The notes beneath the pieces were generated by a model. It was not told the origin of the DNA. It worked only from the letters and a program-made list of their open reading frames with translations, and did no database searches. A program made the position numbers and the translations under genes. From positions 1-33,155 of the forward strand of contig CAYYGZ010000016.1 in NCBI GenBank assembly GCA_964471275.1: a DNA stretch of 33,155 nt, given 5' to 3'. Position 1 is the stretch's first letter. Every line of letters begins with the position of its first letter. Source of the DNA: an uncultured bacterium. GTDB taxonomy: Bacteria; Latescibacterota; UBA2968. This document shows positions 18,815 to 26,771 of the stretch, piece by piece.

Positions 18815-20278
18815 TCACTCCTCAGCAACCAATCTATCCGTATACAGCGCCTTCCCATCAACGCTGTAATGCCTGAAAGTCATGGTTGCCTTCCCGTCAA
18901 CACGTGCCACCTCCCCGGCCAGAAACCCGCCTACCACGTTCAGATACTGGTGTTCCGGTCGCACGTCATTCTGCTCCCATCCGCCCGAGTGACCATCGCT
19001 CGCCGGTCCCGTGGAGTATTCACGCACACCGGTCTCATCATCGATCGACACATACTGCCAATGTCGATCGCCACACACCACGACCATATTCTCCTGAGAA
19101 GCAATGAACTCCCGAACCTCATCACCCTCAGTCTTGAACGTCGCGTTCGCGTGATTGTCGCTTTTGCGATCCCGGTCCGGGCCCACGACGGGCGTCGGGC
19201 TCATCAGGATCCTGAACGTCGCGTCCGATACCTCGACAGTCTCAAAAAACCAGTCCTTCTGCTCCTGTCCCCAGATCGTCTTCTCCGGACCGTCCGGATC
19301 TCTGTTCGGGCTTCGATAGTCTCGTCCTTCGACCATCCAGATCTGCAGATCCTTCCCCCAACGTACGGTCCGCCAGGTCCGGTCACCCATCCCGACTTGT
19401 TCACGAAAGACTGCCAATCCCTGCTCGAACGTGAACTCACCCATGAACTTCGTTACCTGGCCTGGCCAGCAGTCGTTCATCAGCGTGTCGTGGTCGTCCT
19501 TGATGAAGTAGCTGGGCACCTCACGATGGAAGTCGAATTGTGACCGTAGACTGAACACACGCTGCCAGTGCCATCGTGCCAGGGGTAGCGTCTTTGCCAG
19601 TGAATCGTAGTAGAGGATGTCTCCCGTGTTAACAAAGAAGTTCGGGTTCAATTTCCGCATCTGTCGATAGATCCTGAAGCCGCGCGGCGAATCCATCCCG
19701 TTGTTGCCCTGTCCGGTAACGACTGTAAAGACAACCTTCTGGACGGATTCCTTCCCGGGCGCCGTCATAAAGCTGCCCGCCAGCATCTGCCCAGCAATAC
19801 CCTCTCTCCGGGACTCCACACGCAGATCGTATGCGGTACCGGCAGCCAGGCCGCTGAGTCGTATCTGTCTCGTGTAATCCCGGTCGGCCTCAACCGCCTG
19901 CCATTCCGACTTTGACCATGCCTCTTCGCTCCCCTGTACTCGGTGACTGACACGAACCTCACCATCGATCCCGGGAACGGCGCCTTCAATCGTGTCGATG
20001 TCGTAGCCCGCAGGCCATTTTACGATCGGCGTCCAGGACGGCCTGCCTCTTCTAGGCACCAGGCCGCCCGTTTTCGGATTCACGTAGAAGACATCCGGCT
20101 TCGGATTGTATTCGCTTGCCCGCTGCGCTTCACGCGACAACCGTGTCCAGACAATCGCTTCGCTCGAGGTCACCTCACAGATCTTCAGCCCCGTCGCCAT
20201 GAAAGGTCGCGTCGGCTCGGAGGCCGCATTCTCTGCAACCAGGATTGCACAGAAGGCAATGACTGTAACGTATTTCAT
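18815..20278 (-). CDS. phoD: PhoD-family alkaline phosphatase/phosphodiesterase
   Basis: EVTSSEAIVWTR, Fn3-like domain, NTGDILYYD, DDHD, RDYRSPN, GQEQKDW, CGDRHWQY; N-terminal signal peptide. Confidence 0.85.
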   Translation of the reverse strand: MKYVTVIAFCAILVAENAASEPTRPFMATGLKICEVTSSEAIVWTRLSREAQRASEYNPKPDVFYVNPKTGGLVPRRGRPSWTPIVKWPAGYDIDTIEGAVPGIDGEVRVSHRVQGSEEAWSKSEWQAVEADRDYTRQIRLSGLAAGTAYDLRVESRREGIAGQMLAGSFMTAPGKESVQKVVFTVVTGQGNNGMDSPRGFRIYRQMRKLNPNFFVNTGDILYYDSLAKTLPLARWHWQRVFSLRSQFDFHREVPSYFIKDDHDTLMNDCWPGQVTKFMGEFTFEQGLAVFREQVGMGDRTWRTVRWGKDLQIWMVEGRDYRSPNRDPDGPEKTIWGQEQKDWFFETVEVSDATFRILMSPTPVVGPDRDRKSDNHANATFKTEGDEVREFIASQENMVVVCGDRHWQYVSIDDETGVREYSTGPASDGHSGGWEQNDVRPEHQYLNVVGGFLAGEVARVDGKATMTFRHYSVDGKALYTDRLVAEE

Positions 20279-20324
20279 GCCAATCTTCCCCTCTCTTCAC
20301 TGGCCAATGGTCATTGGATAATGG

Positions 20325-22265
20325 TTAATGAGCTCTCTCTTCATCCCAGCTCTCCATCTCTGGCCGAACGAAGAGCTGTTCGTGATAGATCGGTCGGCTC
20401 CACCCTCGGTAACCGTCCGATGTCGTAATCTCCTCCGGCACATTTCCGAGACGTGTGTTGAATCCCCAGACGTGATAGGCGAAACCGGCGATAATCAGGG
20501 GGGCCTGGTCGGCGTGAAGTTCACGCACACGGATCATGTTCTCCTCAAGCTTGCTCTCATCCAGCGTATTGTGGGTCTCCAGGATCAGCTCCGTCGCTTC
20601 ACGCAGCCAGTCCGGACCCTCCGTAGCCGCATTTCGATGCCACGTTGGCCGTGTGTCTCCGATTGCCCCCCAGTCTGCAGGACGCGCGACAGGATCCTCG
20701 GACCACCCCCCCCACCAGAAGAATTCGAACTCACCGTTACTCCACTTCGGAAAGATGATATCCCGGAGCGAAACGTTCAAGTGCACCAGGATGCCGATGG
20801 CCTTCCAGTAGTCGATCGCCAGCAGGGAAACGTCGACGCCGATGCCCGGGATCACATCTATAGTCGTCACAAAGGGCGATCCGTCGAGAAGCTCTCGGAC
20901 ACCGTCACCGTCCGAATCTCGATACCCGGCCTCGTCCAGCAATGCACGGGATCGGTCAGGATCGAAGGTCGCGTGTCGCTTTGCCGCCTCGTCGGAGTAG
21001 TAGGCACTGGCGGGACCGTAGGCGTGATTGGCGGGCGTCAGCAGACCGTGGTAGAGGATTTCGCCTATCTCCTCACGGTTTAGCGCATACGACAGCGCCA
21101 GGCGAACCCGACGATCCCGTATCGCTTCCCGCAACTCGGGTCGTGGGGTATCCCAGTTCAGGCGGAACTGAGATACCACGCTTGGTGTGGCCAGCCGGAT
21201 CTTGATTCGCTCGTTTCGTTCCGCCGCCTTCAACGTCGGGAACATGTTGATCTGCGCGTATCTGCCAAGCAGATCCAGCTCGCCGTTCACAAACTTGAGC
21301 AAGATTACCTGTTTGTCCTGGATCACGTTAAAGATCAGCCGATCTGCATACGGAAGCTGGTTTCCTGCGCTGTCCACCTTCCAGTAATACGGATTGCGCT
21401 CGAACACGATCCGCTGCCCCCTTGCCCATTCGACAGGCATCCACGCAGACAGAACGGGTGTTCCCGGTCGGTAGAGTCGCATCGCGTTCGACGTGCTGTC
21501 ACGACACGCTTCGTAGGTCGTCTCAGGATTGCATCTCGGATGGAACTTCGAGAAATAGTGCTTGGGCATCGCGCTCAGATCGGTCGCGAAGGCCTGACGG
21601 ATCCGCCCAAGCGGTTTCCTCCCCCTGAACCGGATCGTGTGGTCATCGATCTTCTCCGCCACAAGGGGCACACCATCCACGAGATGGAAAGACGAGAAAG
21701 AGGCGGCGCTCCTCGCGTCTGAGTCGAGCATCATATCCTCATACCAGAATAGGATATCATCGACCGTGAAAGGGACACCGTCCGACCACCTGATACCCTT
21801 TCGTATCCTGAAGACCGCCGCGTGTCCGTCGTCTTCGTAGAAGAGCGAATCCGAAAGATTGAGGAGGATCCGCTTTGGCAGGGGCCGCTCGTATCCCATC
21901 AGATTCTCACCGAGCGTCTTGCTGACCCCGGGAGTCTGCACAATATCGCCTGTCAGAGCGCGGCGAATTGTGCCGCCGTATTCACCGATCTCACTCACAG
22001 GAACAACGACGAGAGGATTGGTCGGAAGGCGTTCAGAAACGGCAGGGAGGTCGCCGCGCCTGACCCGCTCGGATAACATCGGCGCTTCTTGGAAAGCTCG
22101 GTCAACCAAAGACACTGGATTGAGCTGAGCGGGAGCGGAAGTGTTCTGATCATCCGAAGCGCCGACCCCGTCAACCTTGTCGAGATTCCGCTTGTCATCG
22201 GAAGGAAGACATCCGGAGGAGATACTGAGCAGAGCCGCACATCCGATCATGCGAGCACAAATCAC
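20325..22265 (-). CDS. ABC transporter substrate-binding lipoprotein, family 5 (OppA/DppA-like, sugar-type long form)
   Basis: Lipobox-like ISSGC; EAPMLSERVRRGDLPAVSERLP, GEYGGTIRR, RKGIRWSDGVPFTVDD, ERNPYYWKVDSAGNQLPY; start uncertain (22250/22265/22352). Confidence 0.9.
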   Translation of the reverse strand: MICARMIGCAALLSISSGCLPSDDKRNLDKVDGVGASDDQNTSAPAQLNPVSLVDRAFQEAPMLSERVRRGDLPAVSERLPTNPLVVVPVSEIGEYGGTIRRALTGDIVQTPGVSKTLGENLMGYERPLPKRILLNLSDSLFYEDDGHAAVFRIRKGIRWSDGVPFTVDDILFWYEDMMLDSDARSAASFSSFHLVDGVPLVAEKIDDHTIRFRGRKPLGRIRQAFATDLSAMPKHYFSKFHPRCNPETTYEACRDSTSNAMRLYRPGTPVLSAWMPVEWARGQRIVFERNPYYWKVDSAGNQLPYADRLIFNVIQDKQVILLKFVNGELDLLGRYAQINMFPTLKAAERNERIKIRLATPSVVSQFRLNWDTPRPELREAIRDRRVRLALSYALNREEIGEILYHGLLTPANHAYGPASAYYSDEAAKRHATFDPDRSRALLDEAGYRDSDGDGVRELLDGSPFVTTIDVIPGIGVDVSLLAIDYWKAIGILVHLNVSLRDIIFPKWSNGEFEFFWWGGWSEDPVARPADWGAIGDTRPTWHRNAATEGPDWLREATELILETHNTLDESKLEENMIRVRELHADQAPLIIAGFAYHVWGFNTRLGNVPEEITTSDGYRGWSRPIYHEQLFVRPEMESWDEERAH

Positions 22266-22506
22266 CCGGCAGGTTCTCGCAAACTCGATCACCAGTGACA
22301 GAGAGAGAGCTCGGACCGGCCGGATCCTAGCAGTCATCCAACACCGACGCAACTACGCCCGGCATCGTGTCCAGGGATCTGTTTGCATCTCTGATCGTGG
22401 ACATTCCCTGCGACGATTGATGAACGAGCAAATCACTGCCTCTCCCCAGCGATCCTGGCCCCCGCTTGATCGCACTCTGGCCGGTCCCAACCAATTGGCT
22501 GGAACC

Positions 22507-24414
22507 TCAAGCCAATCCTCCCTTGAGCACATCCAGAATCGGGTGATGCGAAGCGGGCGACATCAGATATGCCCCCGCCCATCCCTGCTGGACAGCCTGG
22601 CACAGTTGCTCAACAGCGATATCGCGCCCTACCTTCGCCTGATCCTGAGGACTTTCGAAGGCAGCCAACCGCAGGTAGACGTCATCTGGAATGACCACCC
22701 CGGGCACCTGTCCCAGACGCCGGGCGTGTTCCAGGCCCATCAGAATCGCCAGCCCTACGAGGATGGAGACACGTGAGCGGTAAGCCTCCAGGCACGCGAG
22801 GGGTTCGAAGCGGAAAGCCGGTTGGGTCAGGATATAGTCAGCCCCGGCATCGATCTTGCGTTCCAGTCTTTCCAACTCGTACTCGAGATTCAGAGCTTCC
22901 GGCTCAAACCCGCTGCCAATAGTGAAATGAGTGCGCGGGTCCCGGTGTTTACCCAGCGGCTGGCCGCCGAAATCGACACCGGCGTTCAAACCGCTGTGGG
23001 CGTAGTGAATCATGGCCACCGAGTCGAGATCGAAGACGGCGGTCGATCGTGGGTAAGTGGGAGACATCTTGGGCGGGTCACCCGTGACAAAAAGCACGTT
23101 GTGAATGCGCCGGGCATGATACCCGATGAGCCGGCTCTGCAAGCCCATGACATTGAGATCGCGGGTCGTGTAGTGGGGTATGAGTTCGAGACCATCTCCA
23201 CGCTCGCGAGTCCATCCCAGACGTTCTCGCACAATTCCGATAAAGTCGCCGGGGGGCATCAGGGGGATCCCGCGCGAGCCGTCAGTGACGTCGAGTGCGT
23301 CAGCCAACCCAGAGGCAGCCAGTTCAGCGACAAAGTCGACCTTGCTCTGCAGCGTCTTGGGCGCGGTGCCCCTGGCTGGGAGCATTTCCACGCTAACGGC
23401 AAACTCGCTGTTCTTGATCTTGTGTGAGAAGCGACCGTTCTGCTTCTTCTCCTCATCGCCGACAGGCGCTTTGCTCAGAGCACGATCCAACTGGACGGCA
23501 CGACTCCCCACCTGGCGTCCCTGCAGATAATTGTGCATCTCGTTGATATGAGCTGGATGGACTTCGCAGCACCCGCCAAGCAGGCAAACTCGGCGCTCCG
23601 CCAGCGTACGGGCAAACTTCCCCATGAACTCCGGGTTGACGTGGCTCATATACCGGTGTCCGATGCGCTGGAAGCCGCCAGCATTGGGCATGGCCGATAG
23701 CAGAACGTGCCCATCCTTGACAACCGCCAGATCCTCTACCTCGTCGACAAAATGAGTGACCTCCCAGGGCGCACAACAGTTAACACCAACTACCTGGGCA
23801 CCCATATCAGCCACCGTCTTCACAAACACCTGGGGATTCTGATCCCAGCCGTTATCGTCCTGATGCAGGGCCATCTGCACGATGACAGGGGGAGGATTCT
23901 CAAAGGTTTGGATAAGATCGAGCAGGGCCATCACGTGCGGCAGCGAGCTGAAAGTCTCCAACTGCAGAGCGTCCACTCCGCCCTCGATCAGGGCGCCGAT
24001 TTGGTCGCGGTAGATAGCGTTGAGCTCGTGGGGTGACTCGTGGCCCTCAGACGTAGGGCCCACCGCACCCAATACGTAGAAGGGCAACTCGATCCCGCTT
24101 TGGGCGCGGAACGCCTCGATAGCCTGATGGGCGACGTCAACGGCAGCCCAGTTGATCTCGACGAGTCGCTTGCCCTGGTCCAATGGTTCGAGGTGGGTTC
24201 GATTTGCGCTGAAGGTGTTGGTGGTCAGACACCGCGCCCCGGCTTGGAGGTAGGTCAGGTGGACCTCGTGGACCAGATCGGCCCGATCTACATTGAGCGC
24301 TTCGTAGACGTGATTAGTTTCCGAGATGCGGCCGGTGCGTTCGAACAGATACGACCCCATGGCACCATCGGATAACAGCGGCTGCGTGCGCAGATCTTCG
24401 ACAAAGTCGATCAT
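22507..24414 (-). CDS. yitJ: Bifunctional homocysteine S-methyltransferase / methylenetetrahydrofolate reductase (YitJ type)
   Basis: LSDGAMGS, AGARCLTTNTF, LETF, GVNCC, PNAG, GGCC Zn ligands; then MetF domain (VTDG, HYTTRDLN, VTGDPP, KIDAGADYILTQP); alternative TTG start at 24432. Confidence 0.88.
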   Translation of the reverse strand: MIDFVEDLRTQPLLSDGAMGSYLFERTGRISETNHVYEALNVDRADLVHEVHLTYLQAGARCLTTNTFSANRTHLEPLDQGKRLVEINWAAVDVAHQAIEAFRAQSGIELPFYVLGAVGPTSEGHESPHELNAIYRDQIGALIEGGVDALQLETFSSLPHVMALLDLIQTFENPPPVIVQMALHQDDNGWDQNPQVFVKTVADMGAQVVGVNCCAPWEVTHFVDEVEDLAVVKDGHVLLSAMPNAGGFQRIGHRYMSHVNPEFMGKFARTLAERRVCLLGGCCEVHPAHINEMHNYLQGRQVGSRAVQLDRALSKAPVGDEEKKQNGRFSHKIKNSEFAVSVEMLPARGTAPKTLQSKVDFVAELAASGLADALDVTDGSRGIPLMPPGDFIGIVRERLGWTRERGDGLELIPHYTTRDLNVMGLQSRLIGYHARRIHNVLFVTGDPPKMSPTYPRSTAVFDLDSVAMIHYAHSGLNAGVDFGGQPLGKHRDPRTHFTIGSGFEPEALNLEYELERLERKIDAGADYILTQPAFRFEPLACLEAYRSRVSILVGLAILMGLEHARRLGQVPGVVIPDDVYLRLAAFESPQDQAKVGRDIAVEQLCQAVQQGWAGAYLMSPASHHPILDVLKGGLA

Positions 24415-24555
24415 GGTCTTATAGCTGTGCAAGGCTGAACAAATGAGCTATGAAATGAGTAACCCAATATCGGTCGGTAGAGGTGCGGATGGTAAGAATA
24501 AACGACTTCTGGCCTACTCAGGGCAAGGAATCTGAGGCTTGCGAGGCGACACGGG

Positions 24556-24573
24556 CCTGAACGTAATCGAAGG
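24556..24573 (-). repeat. Inverted copy of the CCTTCGA...TCAGG REP-like element
   Basis: Reverse complement ccttcgattacgttcagg; a partial ctactcagggc lies at ~24514-24524. Confidence 0.45.
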
Positions 24574-24784
24574 CGCGGCTCTTGATATGCAGGGAGCCTG
24601 TGCGTGATATCGAGCAGCAGCCGTATCGTAGTGAGGCCGGATGAGTGACACGCTCCCGGATTTGGCGTGTAGCTCGTGACCAAACGGCAATGACACGGCT
24701 ACGCACGAAAAAGGTTCTGATGAGCAAACAGGAGGGCGTCATCCTGATGTGCGATGCGCGGCAGGCACAGGACCTGACCCCCCC

Positions 24785-24831
24785 ATCACGGAGACTGGAC
24801 CCTTGTCACAGGAACGTGACAGGGCCGTGAT
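24785..24831 (-). terminator. Stem-loop downstream of fhs (terminator/stabiliser candidate)
   Basis: atcacgg/ccgtgat outer stem and tgtcac/gtgaca inner stem; no clear U tract. Confidence 0.35.
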
Positions 24832-24872
24832 CACTTGCTATCAGTCGATCTTGCTTTCGGATCGGTATATTC

Positions 24873-26612
24873 TTACGACAATCCCACCACGTTGCCATCA
24901 TCGTCCAGATCAACGCGCATGAATGCGGGCAGCGACGGCAACCCCGGCATCGTCCTCATCTCGCCGCAGAGGGGGTAGATGAAGCCCGCGCCACGTGAGA
25001 TGCGAAGGTCCCGGATGGGCAGTGTGAACCCCTTCGGGACACCTTTCAGATTCGGATCGTGGGACAACGACAGGTGTGTTTTGGCCATGTTGATCGGTAG
25101 CTTGTCATACTTCAAGCCCGTGTAGAGCTCGATCTTCCGCTCCGCTTCGGGGAAGTAGTTGACCCGATCGGCCCCGTAAACCTCTGCGGCTAGAGTCTCA
25201 ATCTTCGTCTTGATCGAGGCATCCAGCGGATAGAGGAAGCGGCACTCAGTCCCGCCGTTGCAGGCATCGGCCACGCCTTCTGCCAGCTCGACCCCGCCCT
25301 CCCCACCACGCGCCCAGACGTCATTGGCATACGCGCCGTGGGCACCGGCCGCCACCGCGGCCTCCATAACGGCCTCAACCTCGGCGTCGGTATCGGTCGG
25401 GAACCGGTTGACGGCCACGACCACGGGAGCACCGAACAGGCGTGCGATCCGAATATTCGCTTCCAGGTTCGGCAATCCACGCCCCAACAGCGGCAGATTC
25501 TCCTGACGATACGCGCGGCGCAGCCTGCGGCCCGGCACCACGCGTGGACCGCCACCGTGCATCTTCAGCGCGCGTACAGAAGCAACCAGAACGATGCAGT
25601 CCGGGGCAAGGCCCGACGTCCTGCATTTTATATCGTAGAACTTCTCCAACCCACAATCGGCACCGAAGCCGCATTCAGTCACCACGTAGCCATCGGGTGC
25701 CAGCTTCAGGCCAATTCGATCCGCGATGATTGAGCTGCTCCCGTGGGCAATATTAGCGAACGGGCCGGCGTGCACGAATGCGGGTGTTCCCTCCAGGGTC
25801 TGCATCAGATTTGGTTTCAACGCATCTTTCATCAGCACGGCCATAGCGCCGGCACAGGTGAGATCGTCCGCGGTCACCGGCCTCCCCCATCGGCTCGTTC
25901 CAACCACGATGTCTCCCAGTCGTCGTCTCAGATCCTTCAGGTCTGTTGACAGGGCGAGGATAGCCATCACTTCCGATGCGGCCGTAATGTCAAAGCTGGT
26001 CTCGCGCGGTCGACCATCCTCCGTCGACCCCAGACCGGTCACGATATTTCTGAGCGCGCGATCATTCACGTCCATCACGCGCTTCCAGGTGACATTGTGC
26101 GCGCTGATATCTAACCGGCGGAGGTTCAGGACCTCCATACGATCGTCGCTGAGATGATCTTCGTGCATGATGCGGGCGTCAATCGCGGCCGACAGCAGGT
26201 TGTGAGCGACACCCACGGCGTGTGTATCGCCCGTCAGGTGGAGGTTGAAGTCTTCCATCGGAACCACCTGGGAGTATCCACCGCCGGCTGCCCCGCCCTT
26301 GATGCCGAATGTTGGTCCCAACGAAGGTTGCCGGATACACGCCATGCTCGGTCCGGCAGTGCGGTTCAAGGCCTGGCTCAGACCCACCGTGGTCACCGTC
26401 TTCCCCTCTCCAAGCGGCGTCGGCGTGATTCCGGTGACAACCACATAGTTCCCGTTCGGTCTGTCGGCCAGACGATTCAACACGTCCAGATGCACCTTCG
26501 CCTTGTGCGTGCCGTACAGATCCAGTTCTCCCTCTACAATCCCAAGATCGCCAGCCACATCCAGGATGGGCTTAAGCGTCACAGATCGGGCGATCTCAAG
26601 ATCGCTCAGCAT
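24873..26612 (-). CDS. fhs: Formate--tetrahydrofolate ligase
   Basis: TPTPLGEGKT, RQPSLGPTFGIKGGAAGGGYSQVVP, NLHLTGD, FDITAASEVMA, HAGPFANIAHG, MAKTHLSLS, MPGL; GGAGG RBS. Confidence 0.98.
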   Translation of the reverse strand: MLSDLEIARSVTLKPILDVAGDLGIVEGELDLYGTHKAKVHLDVLNRLADRPNGNYVVVTGITPTPLGEGKTVTTVGLSQALNRTAGPSMACIRQPSLGPTFGIKGGAAGGGYSQVVPMEDFNLHLTGDTHAVGVAHNLLSAAIDARIMHEDHLSDDRMEVLNLRRLDISAHNVTWKRVMDVNDRALRNIVTGLGSTEDGRPRETSFDITAASEVMAILALSTDLKDLRRRLGDIVVGTSRWGRPVTADDLTCAGAMAVLMKDALKPNLMQTLEGTPAFVHAGPFANIAHGSSSIIADRIGLKLAPDGYVVTECGFGADCGLEKFYDIKCRTSGLAPDCIVLVASVRALKMHGGGPRVVPGRRLRRAYRQENLPLLGRGLPNLEANIRIARLFGAPVVVAVNRFPTDTDAEVEAVMEAAVAAGAHGAYANDVWARGGEGGVELAEGVADACNGGTECRFLYPLDASIKTKIETLAAEVYGADRVNYFPEAERKIELYTGLKYDKLPINMAKTHLSLSHDPNLKGVPKGFTLPIRDLRISRGAGFIYPLCGEMRTMPGLPSLPAFMRVDLDDDGNVVGLS

Positions 26613-26685
26613 AGTTCCTCCAAATGGCAGGGCGAGCGCCGGTCGAGCGCCCGCCTCAATTAGCCATCAACGGTGTGATCGTGTA

Positions 26686-26715
26686 GATGCCCGACTGCCC
26701 GGTCAGTCGGGCATC
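26686..26715. terminator. Perfect 12-bp GC-rich hairpin between the fusion gene and fhs
   Basis: gatgcccgactg-cccggt-cagtcgggcatc; a second hairpin at 26631-26655 lies near the fhs RBS; no U tract. Confidence 0.4.
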
Positions 26716-26771
26716 GGGCATCGCGTTATCCACGTGCAAAACTGTTTACTTGGTGGGACTCCTCTTCCGAT

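Noticed and set aside
24433..24872. SAM-I or cobalamin riboswitch upstream of the yitJ-like gene
   Set aside because: Only fragments (cgggcc, ctcttgata) resemble the SAM-I reverse complement; the GAGGGA, GCAACC and GGTGC cores and a B12 box are not found
26726..26734. DnaA-box-like TTATCCACG
   Set aside because: Single imperfect copy with no origin context
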